Origin: an uncultured Methylomirabilota bacterium
GTDB lineage: Bacteria > Methylomirabilota > Methylomirabilia > Methylomirabilales > 2-02-FULL-66-22
Direction of reading: 5' to 3'
DNA: 64,000 bases
Assembly: GCA_963705305.1 (NCBI GenBank)
Contig: OY970067.1
Location: 1,696,001 to 1,760,000, forward strand
Part shown: positions 9,922 through 19,490 of the stretch, piece after piece
How positions within the stretch are numbered: the stretch's first letter is position 1
Layout: every line of letters starts with the position of its first letter
The notes under the pieces: generated by a model
The model's database searches: none
Seen by the model: the letters and a program-made list of their open reading frames with translations, nothing else
What the model was told of the DNA's origin: nothing
Position numbers and translations under genes: made by a program

Positions 9922-10797
9922 TTACCGAGGTTTGTGCTTGGCCACGCATCCATCCAAGACAGATTTGACGTCGGCTTCATCCAATTTGACGTAGGGATGT
10001 GCCTTTAATTCCTCCTCCACCATCTCCCAGGTCAGCCAATCATATCCGATGGGTGTCGGGAAGTTCCAGGGCTCTTCAGCCGGCTTGATGGTTACATTCG
10101 GGTTGAACAGCCACCCGATGTCGTACACGGCTTCCGGCTTCTTGCCTAGGAACACCAGCTTCCCTGTGTACTCCCCCTTCGCTTTGAAAACGTTTGGGCA
10201 GACATAGAAGACCTCCCAGCCCCTGCTGTTGAGGGCTGGAACTGCATGGCGTCGGATGTCTTCAGGATGTATGGAGGTCTCAATGTTGAAATGAAAGTGC
10301 CGGGTATTGGGCCGCTTGACATACTCAAGACCCTTCTCCCAGTGTTCCGATTTGAAGTACTGCTCAAGTGCTTTCTCGTCTGCCGCCGTGGCCCGTCGGA
10401 ACGGATAGTTCTTATAAAACGTCTCAATGTACCACCGGTTCCATCCTAGGAGATTGTTGCCGCCTTCGCCTCCCTCCATCGGCTTGATGGCAACATCTTT
10501 ATTGTAGACCCAGAATATGTCGAAATGCGGCTTCCCTTTCGGCTCGATTCCGTGCAGCGAGCCCATGCCTTTTTTGGGCGTCAACCAATCAATCAATCGA
10601 TCGCTGGGCCACCCGACAATCTCAAAGAATCCCTCGACAATTTTCTGCAGCGAGGTCGGGTGAATCGATGTTTCCATGTACAGGTGCACATGGGAATTTC
10701 GGGGATCTGGATCTTGCAGCATCATCAGCAAGCGCATCCACTGGTCCGAGGACCGAAAATAATCAGTCAACTCTTGCACCATCGCCTCTTGTTTCAT
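9922..10797 (-). CDS. Uncharacterised internally duplicated HxH protein, paralog 2
   Basis: Repeats YFRSSDQW...SHVHLYMETSIHP and YFKSEHW...RHFHFNIETSIHP; first structural gene after GntR. Confidence 0.88.
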   Translation of the reverse strand: MKQEAMVQELTDYFRSSDQWMRLLMMLQDPDPRNSHVHLYMETSIHPTSLQKIVEGFFEIVGWPSDRLIDWLTPKKGMGSLHGIEPKGKPHFDIFWVYNKDVAIKPMEGGEGGNNLLGWNRWYIETFYKNYPFRRATAADEKALEQYFKSEHWEKGLEYVKRPNTRHFHFNIETSIHPEDIRRHAVPALNSRGWEVFYVCPNVFKAKGEYTGKLVFLGKKPEAVYDIGWLFNPNVTIKPAEEPWNFPTPIGYDWLTWEMVEEELKAHPYVKLDEADVKSVLDGCVAKHKPR

Positions 10798-11412
10798 GGA
10801 GTATCCCTTTCTTTGCGTTAGGTCGACCACCAGCCCGCTGATTTTTCCCTCATTGAACTACCGTCTCGTCCCCCTGGGTGGGGATCGTCCGTCCTTCTCC
10901 AGCGTCACATCTTGCATCATGGCGCGCCTCCGTCTAGTGTTACTTCTTCATAGAGGAGCCCCTTCTCCCACTTCCTGCTCAGATTGTCCGGCGGATACCT
11001 ACACACATTGCATGGCGTTCCGGGAACCGCCATGGAATCGATCGGCATTGCGCAGCAACCACAAGGACTTGCGGTGAACGGGCGCGACCCAAGACCAAAG
11101 CGATAGGGAAGTCAAGGGGCGCCGGAAAGCGCCTCGTCAGTCTGAATTACCTCCTCGCTATTGTTCGGATTGTAGGCGGAGCCGGCGGCCGCTTTCGGAT
11201 ATCTGCCCATTTGGAGGAACTGCCGGCGTTTCTCGATCTCAAGGGGCCGTTCATCGCATGTTGAGTCCGCATCATTGCGCAAGATTTCACACCGCTTCAT
11301 GGAAGGGAAGATCGCATTGAACGCCGAAACAAGATCCCTCCTTCGTGTCCATCCCTGGCACGGCGCCGAATTCGGGACCTCAAAGGCGACACAAAACTCA
11401 GGCATTCCGCAA

Positions 11413-12132
11413 TCATTCTTGCTTATTCAGGAATTCAGTGAAATAGATGGCGATCCCTGTGTCGCCACGTTCGACTGCGCCCCTCAGGAGCTCAACAAGT
11501 CTATGGTGCCTCTCCATCATCAAACGTCGAGCGGCTTCTTTGTCTCTGCATTCAATCGCCCGTATCAATTCCTCGTGTCCTTTCTGATCGTCACTCCAGA
11601 AGTCGAGGGATCGTGCATCACCAATGAAACGGTAGCGATTCAAACTATTAAAGATACCCATCACGGCCCGTGTGAGGATAGGCCAATGAACCGATTGCAC
11701 AAGCCGCTCATGGAGACAATAATGGTGTTTCGCGTAGGACTCCCAGTCACGCTCCTCGAGGGATTGCCTCATTTGCGTGACAAGTCCTTTTAGTGTACAT
11801 ATATCGTCGTTCGTAATATGATCCAGAAGCCTATCCAAACACGCCTGTTCCAAAGTTGAGCGGATGAAGACGTACTGTTCTAACTCTTGCAGGGAGAGCA
11901 TAGCCACCTGCGAGGGTTGACGAGTCTTGGAGACGATAAGCCCTGCTGCCTCGAGCCTGAGGAAGGCTTCGCGCACTGGAGTGATACTTACGCCGATTTG
12001 GGCGGCCACTGCGGCCTCGGTGATTCGCTCTCCAGGTTTGATCTCTCCTTTGAGAATGAGATCCCGCAGGATCTGGAACACTTCATCGGATATTGAGTTG
12101 CGATTCTGGATCTTAGGTAATGTTAAGCCCAT
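11413..12132 (-). CDS. GntR-family transcriptional regulator (FCD/FadR type)
   Basis: PGERITE...GVSITPVREAF wHTH; C-terminal FCD domain with GHEELI. Confidence 0.93.
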   Translation of the reverse strand: MGLTLPKIQNRNSISDEVFQILRDLILKGEIKPGERITEAAVAAQIGVSITPVREAFLRLEAAGLIVSKTRQPSQVAMLSLQELEQYVFIRSTLEQACLDRLLDHITNDDICTLKGLVTQMRQSLEERDWESYAKHHYCLHERLVQSVHWPILTRAVMGIFNSLNRYRFIGDARSLDFWSDDQKGHEELIRAIECRDKEAARRLMMERHHRLVELLRGAVERGDTGIAIYFTEFLNKQE

Positions 12133-12734
12133 TCTTTTCCTTCCGTAATTAGGACTCTGCATCAGATGGTCGATCACTTTGCCGAGAACCCTCTACCTTC
12201 TTTCTCAGGGACCGGATCGGTTGCTAGACGCCCCAGCTCAACCCTTTATTCTGGCCGCGGTCACTTGTTCATTCAAATGTCCCTTAAACAGAGGGTCCTG
12301 CCTTTTTAGTCGACCAACTCGTCTGTGCCGTATCTATCAAAAATAGCGCCGAAAGCCCTTGGCCAAATAGGTCCACATTGAAGGAGAAGCGAGACGGTGA
12401 ATCCAGAGTCAGCCGTGGCGAGCCTGCACAAGTAGGCATTTGGCTTGGATCGAAACGGAAAACCAGCCGGGAAGCCTTGGCTCTCGAATAGCCGCTCCAA
12501 CCCCCAGTTTTTAATGCGTTGTTCCCGTGGAACCTCTTCTCGGCTCCCTAGGGTCTGTCTGGGGCCATCGGATTCCAGGCACAGAAAGCTAAGATGCAAG
12601 ACATTTCTAATCATTTTAATGGCAATGTTTGGTCGCATACAGATAGTCACGCCACTGTCGATTTGCATATATCACTAATAACATCCGTTTTAGTTAATAG
12701 ACAAACTACCTTATACTTTAAACCTTTTATATCA

Positions 12735-12762
12735 AATGTATCACGATGAGTCCATTTGTCAA
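12735..12762 (-). promoter_or_regulatory. Putative sigma70 promoter of cluster A
   Basis: Minus strand TTGACA-16 nt-TACATT in an AT-rich tract. Confidence 0.55.
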
Positions 12763-13128
12763 TAGCAGTTTGTCAAAATCCAAGAGAGTTCCATCATTCT
12801 CCTCAGTTGATCTTTCGGCTGCTCTGCAAGTACTGGCAAATGTTGGACATCTCGGTTACGCCTTTTCTAAGATTCGAACATGTCAAGTTAACATGGAAAA
12901 ACGAGGGACCGCTCTGCTACCGGCAAATGGAAAATGGGACTGTCTGTTCGCGTAGTTCCATGTCGCGAGCACAGCTCTATGCTAGATTCGGCGGATCATC
13001 GCAGTCTCTGACGGTCCCGCTGAGGTAAGCTCCCCCCCTCTCGTGCGTCTAAGGCCACCTTCGGCCATCGTTTTTACCTTCACGGTGCCACTTCTCCCCT
13101 TCCGTGAAGTTAAGTGGCCGCACCACCG

Positions 13129-13194
13129 TCGATGTCGTCACCTTTCACCACTCATGCCGATCTCGGCATGACCGCCGAAAGGTGACGGTGTCGA
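13129..13194. repeat. Long imperfect inverted repeat (66-nt hairpin)
   Basis: GTCACCTTTC/GAAAGGTGAC outer stem, TCATGCCGA/TCGGCATGA inner stem, extended by G-U-compatible pairs. Confidence 0.75.
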
Positions 13195-13545
13195 ACGTGG
13201 CGCCTCCAGTTAAGCCGCCTGGATTGCATAACAGTTCGGTACCGGATCGCCTTGAGGTGCTATTGGCGCTGGTATGGCCTTTCCGTGTTGTCCCAGGCTA
13301 CCCGCTGTTGGATGATCCGGCGGGCCCCACGGTATCTCAAGCAAACCATCCACTAAGGGCCCGTTCCTGCAGGCTTGGCAAGGTCTGGTCGTGCCACGAA
13401 AGATACTGTCAACTTTCAAGGTGCGAGACCCTGGCGGCCCCGCCACGATGGGAGGCCGGCACGTTTGGGTGGGAGGCAGACGGAGGCGCGGGGACCTCGG
13501 GCGCCATCAGTCCCCGCAGCTCACCACGCGCCGCCGCTGCCGACG

Positions 13546-13583
13546 GGCTGGGGCCCCGCAGGTCCACTGGCGGGGCCCCAGCC
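13546..13583. repeat. Perfect 14-bp GC-rich inverted repeat
   Basis: GGCTGGGGCCCCGC-N10-GCGGGGCCCCAGCC. Confidence 0.75.
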
Positions 13584-13802
13584 AGGGATCCGGACGGAAC
13601 AGGGCCTGGAAGACGGACACCGCTGACATCCCTGCGGAGCTCGGAGCATCGATGCAAGTTCCGGTTGGAAGGGGCCACAGTACCAGATGCGCCAGGCTCC
13701 CGTTCATGATAGCATTCAAGAGGAAAGCAAGGCCGAGCCTATACGGGCCGGTCCTGAGCGAGCACATTGCCTTGTTCGCTACCACAAACCATGGAACAGC
13801 TG

Positions 13803-13870
13803 TTGACTTATTTCGCATCGTGACTATATTTTAGGTAGAAGGTAGAATATGTAAGATTAAAGGTATATAT
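13803..13870 (+). promoter_or_regulatory. Putative sigma70 promoter of cluster B with downstream heptad repeats (candidate GntR operator)
   Basis: TTGACT-16 nt-TATATT followed by TAGGTAG AAGGTAG AATATGT AAGATTA AAGGTAT. Confidence 0.55.
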
Positions 13871-14217
13871 CTCTAGCATGTTTAAAATAGTCTTCTCTGC
13901 CTACTCCATTCACCCAATGGGTTACGTCAATCAGACGCTAAATGCTTGATAATGCAGGAGCTGGCTCCTCAATGAGGAGTTCTCTTAGACAAATTCGTCA
14001 CGGTGGAATACACCGTTGGCACATCCTGCGGGGTGGTCCAGGCGATCTGTGTCTCGGGCAAGGGTGGTGGGCGCATTTCCCTTCGGCCATCCTGCGGAGG
14101 GCCCGGCGAGATCGTGGGGTTGCTTCCCGGGACAGACCAGCATGCGGACCAATTGAGTCATGAGCCAGCGTACGGGCACGCCAGCAGATCCAGGCGATTA
14201 TGAGGGGGAGACCAAGT

Positions 14218-14937
14218 ATGCAGTTCCAGCTACCGAAGATGCAAGCTCGAGCCTCCATGACGGAGGAGGCTTTCAACACTCTTCGAAAGATGATCCTCCA
14301 TGGAAAGCTCCTACCTGGGGAAAGGATCACCGAATCGGGAGTCGCCGCCGAAATGGGCATCAGCATCACGCCAGTCCGTGAGGCCTTCCTCAAGCTTGAA
14401 GCGGTAGGGTTCATTGTCTCGAAACCTCATCAATCCTCTCAGGTACCCCTGCTTTCACTAGAAGAACTGGATCAGTATGTCTTCATCCGTTCGACACTAG
14501 AAGATGCCTACTTGGAAATGATATTGGATCATATAACTAAGAATGACAACGATATCAATGCACTCAAGGTGCTCGTCATTCGCATGAGGGAATCCTTAGA
14601 GCAACATGATTGGGAGGCCTACTCGAAATATCACTATCGATTGCATGAAATGCTTTTAGAATCTCTTGAGTGGCCCCTCGTTACGAGATTTGTGATGGGC
14701 ATCTTTGATTGTCTAGATCGCTACCGCTATATTGGCGAAGCGCACTCGCTTACCCGCTGGGCCGAAGATCAGAGCGGTCATGAGGAATTAGTTCAAGCGA
14801 TTGAAAGGAGAGACAGGGAGGGATTTCGCAGCGCGTTGATTGAGACACAAATTCGATTTGCTAAGGTGCTGAGAAATGCGATTGACCGTAACGAGGAGGG
14901 AATCGCTGAGTACTTCACGAATTCAGTAAGTGCCTGA
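14218..14937 (+). CDS. GntR-family transcriptional regulator (FCD type), paralog of 11413-12132
   Basis: PGERITE, SITPVREAFL, QYVFIRSTLE, DQSGHEEL shared with the cluster A regulator. Confidence 0.93.
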   Translation: MQFQLPKMQARASMTEEAFNTLRKMILHGKLLPGERITESGVAAEMGISITPVREAFLKLEAVGFIVSKPHQSSQVPLLSLEELDQYVFIRSTLEDAYLEMILDHITKNDNDINALKVLVIRMRESLEQHDWEAYSKYHYRLHEMLLESLEWPLVTRFVMGIFDCLDRYRYIGEAHSLTRWAEDQSGHEELVQAIERRDREGFRSALIETQIRFAKVLRNAIDRNEEGIAEYFTNSVSA

Positions 14938-15286
14938 ACAGTGGCGAGTGCCGAACATTCACTAGCCTTTGGCCATTAGCGTGACACTCGGATGGGGAAG
15001 GCATCCTTGCCAAATCCTGCAAAAGCGCGGTTCCGCATGATTCAGCACTGCGAACAGTTCACCCACAACGTCCGCCAGAATTGGCGGTTCCTCGCAATCT
15101 TGCGGACCCAGTTCCATGCGCTGTTGCAACGCCATGCGGCGGAGGGCGTCACAGGCTTTCGGGCTCGCCCATGTGTGCGTCGGATCAGTCCTTGGCGCAC
15201 CTCCCAAGCCGTCCAAGCTCTGATTCTTAGAATCCGACAGGAACGCCAGCACAGGACTCTCCGTTTAAGCCACTCCCTAGCTCGAT

Positions 15287-16203
15287 GCGACCAGCTGGAG
15301 ATGAGCCGGACCCAGGTCTTGGACCGGCCCCTGTGCGGGCGGGAGTTCTTCGAGGAGGTCCTCCGGGACCAGTTGGAATTGGGTCGGCCCAGCCGGCTGC
15401 AACTCCACTTCGACTGGAAGATCACCCGGGCCACCCCCGGCCGCTTCCGCACCCGGATCATCACCGACGGTGTCGTGCGCAGCCTACACGTCGAGCGCAC
15501 GCGCTGCCACATCACGCAGTCCTGCAAGGAGGGGCCCGCCCTGCGCACCGAGACCCCCGTCAACGACGCCTACGACTTCGGGGTCAAGAGGGGTCCGAGC
15601 AACTTTTCCTACCTCCGGACGCTCGGGCAGCGCATCAACGGCCGCCTGCGCACCGCGGAGCGGTTGGCCCACGACTGCGGCCTCGCGGAGCTGCAACTCG
15701 CGGCGCTCATCCTGCCTAGCCGGACGCCCGACGGGCAGCCGATCCCCGGTCTGAAGTTCGGCCAGCCGCGGGTCATGGCCCCCCCCGCCGCCTGCTGCCT
15801 CTGCGGCCTCACCCCGGCGGGCATCACCAATAACCGGGTGCTCCATCCACAAATCGCCCAGCTACTCGGCGTGCCGGACGCCGACTACACCGCCCGCCAG
15901 ATGGGCTACGATCTCCGGCGCCTGTTCCGCAAAGGCCTCATTGTCCGGGTAGACGGCAAGCTTTGCTATACGCTCATGCCGCACGGTCGGCGTCTAGCCT
16001 TGTTCCCGACCAAGCTCTACGCGCGAGTCCCGCGGCTCGGGTTCCAGGCGCTCGACCGCCGGATTGCGTCCCAGGCACCGCCCCCGCTCCGAACGGCTCT
16101 CGCTGCGGTCGATGTGGCCACGGAGCAACTGCTCCAGGAGGCCCGACTGCAGCGTAGATACTCTGACATGTTTGTGCAGAATATGGCCCTACAAGACAGC
16201 TAA
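15287..16203 (+). mobile_element. 5'-truncated, degenerate transposase-like gene with a C-terminal winged HTH
   Basis: QLEMSRTQVLDRP...GREFFEEVLRD, KEGPALRTET, MGYDLRRL.RKGLI..V...CYTL; sharply more GC-rich than its flanks; interrupts cluster B. Confidence 0.6.
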
Positions 16204-16294
16204 TTCATCAGTTGCGGACAACGTAGGCGTGGCAATAGAAATGGGAAGACGAGGCCAAACCAACACCCGGCAGACGGCGGAAAGGACTGAGGGA

Positions 16295-17047
16295 ATGCAG
16301 CTAACAGGAAAGGTCGCCTTGGTGACGGGGGCTAGCAGAGGGATTGGTCGGGCGATTGCGGTGGCCCTGGCCAAAGAAGGTGCTGACGTGGCGGTGAACT
16401 ACGTGAGAAACGCTGTTGCCGCCGAGGAGACCGCTGCATTAGTGGAAGCCGTGGGACGGCGCTCCTTGCTCGTTCAGACCGATGTGACCCGACGCCAAGA
16501 GATTGAGGCGATGGTGAAGCAAGTGCTCCAGCACTTCGGCCGCATTGACATTCTCGTGTGCAACGCGGGCGTGCTCACGCGTACGCCTTTCCTTGAACTG
16601 ACCGACCAAGAATGGGAGAAGGTCCTTACCACCAATCTGACCGGCCCTTTCTTTGTGGGGCAAACTGTCGCCAAGCAGATGGTAAAGCAGGGCGGAGGGA
16701 AGATCATAAATGTGACATCAGAAGTCGCCGAACGCGCACAGCCGAACCGCAGTCACTACTGCGCCTCCAAAGGTGGGCTGCGCCAACTCACCAGGGCAAT
16801 GGCCATCGAACTGGCGCCTTATGGCATCAACGTCAACGCGGTGGCGCCTGGCACAACTGAGACAGATATTAATCGAGACAGCCTGAGGCTCCCTGAAGAG
16901 CGAAAACAACGCCTGACACGAGTGCCGATCGGAAGGTTCAGCCTGCCGGAAGACGTCGCGACGGCGGTAGTGTTCTTGGCGTCCTCCGGATCCGACACAA
17001 TGGTGGGGGCAACCGTGGCCGTGGATGGTGGCTCGACCGTGACCTAG
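16295..17047 (+). CDS. Short-chain dehydrogenase/reductase (SDR)
   Basis: TGASRGIG, CNAG, YCASK, NAVAPG, VDGG. Confidence 0.93.
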   Translation: MQLTGKVALVTGASRGIGRAIAVALAKEGADVAVNYVRNAVAAEETAALVEAVGRRSLLVQTDVTRRQEIEAMVKQVLQHFGRIDILVCNAGVLTRTPFLELTDQEWEKVLTTNLTGPFFVGQTVAKQMVKQGGGKIINVTSEVAERAQPNRSHYCASKGGLRQLTRAMAIELAPYGINVNAVAPGTTETDINRDSLRLPEERKQRLTRVPIGRFSLPEDVATAVVFLASSGSDTMVGATVAVDGGSTVT

Positions 17048-17086
17048 GAAGCTTCGATTCCACCCGGCTTAACGAAGAGGGGGGCT

Positions 17087-18088
17087 ATGAGGCAACCGAA
17101 GGCCGGCTTCATCGGACTGGGTGTCTTCGGAGAGTGAATGGCCTTGAGCGTGCAGCGGGCGGGCTGGCCGCTGGCGGTCTACGACCTTCGCCCGGAGCCC
17201 CTGACGGAAACTGGCGGCGGCCGGGGCGCGAGTGGCGTCCTCCTCACGGGAGGCAGCGGCTAAAAGTGACATGCCGGTGATCATGGTCTTGAACCACCCG
17301 CAGGCGGAGGCTGTGCTAGCGGGCGAGAAAGGCGCTCGTGGGAAGCTTGGCCCTGGCAAGACGGGGGTCGGGATGAGTCCTATCTCCCCCGCCCAGGCTA
17401 GGGGCAGTTGGCCTCTTTCGTATCGCGCACCGGGGCGCGCTATGCGTACTCGCCCGTGAGGGACGACTGGCTCCGCGCCAAGGACGGCACGCTGACGCTG
17501 ATGCTGGGCGGCCCACCGGAGGCAGTCGAGGCGGCGCGCCCGGTCTTGGAGTCGCTGGGCAAGCACCTCTACTACGCGGGCGGAGAGGTGGGGTCCGGGC
17601 AAGCGCTAAAGATGATCAACCAGATGCTGATGAGCGTCCACGATGTCGCCGCCTCCCAGGCGGTGGTGCTGGCCACGAAGCTGCGCTTGGACCCCGAACT
17701 TGTCTACGAGGTGATCAGCCACGGCACGGGCGACTCGTGGGCCTTCCGCAACCGGGTGGACCACCTGATGGCGCGCGACTTCACCAACCGCGGGATGCTC
17801 GAAATCTTGCACAAAGACCTAGGAATCTTGCTGGAGACAGCGCGCGATACCAAGACGCCCCTACTGCTCACCCCTACGGCCTACCTGGCCTACCAGGCGG
17901 GCATGGTGACTGAACTGGCGCGCGAGGACGACTCGGCGGTGGCCAAGGTCCTCGAGCACCTGGCCGGGGTGGAGGTGAAGAAGCGTCCCGCCAACCACGC
18001 ATTGGTGCGGGCCTCCCCGACCCCTGCCGCTCTCGGGGGAAGGGCGCAGTCGGCGGCCTCGCGGAAGAGGAAAGCCGGGAGGCGCTGA
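17087..18088 (+). pseudogene. Beta-hydroxyacid dehydrogenase pseudogene (paralog of 4001-4891)
   Basis: MRQPKAGFIGLGVFGE then in-frame TGA at 17135; frameshifts near 17209 and 17402; later KMINQ and GDSW motifs. Confidence 0.85.
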
Positions 18089-18353
18089 GGGGGCTAGGAG
18101 AGGAACGCAGAAGTGGCCATTGATGGCGGTTTCTACCGAGGCGCCATGACTTTGTTAGAAGCTCGTTGACGATATCGCATGGCCGTACATATTCGAATTC
18201 TTGTGCACAAAGGCCGCCACGTCTTACGTTAGCTGACACGCTAGTGGGCGTTTCCCCTTGCTAGAGGCGTCCAGAAAGGAGGGACAATCAAGACTCGCAA
18301 GAAGTAGGTTGCTGCGACCCTTTACTTTTCGCTGGAAGAAGGAGGACGGGTGA

Positions 18354-19225
18354 ATGGAAACAAAGGCCGTTGTCGATGGACTGATCTACTACTTTAAGGG
18401 CGACCATTGGCGCCGGCTTATGGCCCCCTGATGCAAGACCCAGACCCCCACGGCACGCATATTCATGCTTACACGGAAACTTGCGTGCATCCGGAAGACA
18501 TAAAGCAGATCCTCTGCGCATACCTAGAGGCTAAGGGGGTACCTAGTTCTCGCAAGATTAACTACACTGCGCCACGGCCAGGCGAGATGGGCTCGTTGCA
18601 TGGCATCGAACCCAAGGGGAAGGCTCACCTTGACTACAACTGGTACTTCAACCCCAAGGTAGCCTTGGCAGCGACGGAGGACGGCGCGAAACGCGAAAGT
18701 GACTGCAACCTCTGCGTGTGGAACCGCTCCTACATTCGCGAATTTTACAGTGATTTCCACTTCCGCCCGTCCATTGGGCCGGCCGAGGAGGACGCCCTTT
18801 GTGAGTACTTCCGTTCGGACCACTGGCACAAGGGGCTGGAGCTCTCAATAGCTCCGAACACTACCCACGGGCATATCAACGTTTACACCAGCGTGCATCC
18901 CGACGTGATCCAAAAGTTCGCCGAGGAATCGATCAGGCAGAAGGGCTGGGAGATCTTCTACACCTGTCCCAACGTCTACCTAGTCGAGGGGAAATACACC
19001 GGCAAACTGGTCTTCATGGGTAAGAAACCTGAGGCCGTCTACGACCTGGGCTGGATGCTGCGGCCCGAGACGGTCATCGAGCCGGCGTGGGACCAATGGG
19101 CGCTGCCCAGCAACCCTGGCTACGATCTCTGGGTTTGGCCCATGATGCAGCCCATCATGGAGTTCCCCTACGTCAAGCTGACCGATTCAGAAATCAAGAC
19201 AGTCGTCTCAGGTATAACCGACTAA
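18354..19225 (+). pseudogene. Uncharacterised internally duplicated HxH protein, paralog 3 (frameshift in C5 run 18424-18428)
   Basis: GGAGG RBS; METKAVVDGLIYYFKGDHWRRLMA aligns with the paralog N-termini, then continues in the -1 frame as LMQDPDPHGTHIHAY... Confidence 0.8.
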
Positions 19226-19490
19226 GGCACAGGTGCCAGTATGACCAAGACGTATGGACATTTGGCGGAATGGAGAGGGTGAGAAGAGGCGCGCATGGGG
19301 TAAACTGAGGGGCCACCTGCATGCTCTTCCAGGATGATTTCGCCACGCCCTCATTAGCGGCACGGCGGCGATGTTTTAAGGCCAAGCTGCACGCAGGTAG
19401 AGGAGCAGAAAGGAGGGAAAGAGATCATATCGAACGGGGTTCAGCTTTCACAGAGATCGGAGACTTTCTCAATTACCAACGGAGGCGCCC

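Noticed and set aside
10850..11410. Gene between GntR-A and HxH paralog 2
   Set aside because: Only short ORFs with no RBS or motif; may be a decayed gene but cannot be supported
13109..13215. Integron attC site
   Set aside because: Both GTTRRRY-like cores are in direct orientation; no matching inverse core and no integron integrase
17135..17137. Selenocysteine or recoded TGA (also 33862-33864)
   Set aside because: Positions are not Cys in homologous motifs, both genes have other lesions, and TGA is a normal stop elsewhere in the window
18420..18432. Programmed +1 frameshift at CCC-TGA in HxH paralog 3
   Set aside because: The homologous continuation is in the -1 frame, there is no canonical slippery heptamer, and neighbouring genes are also broken
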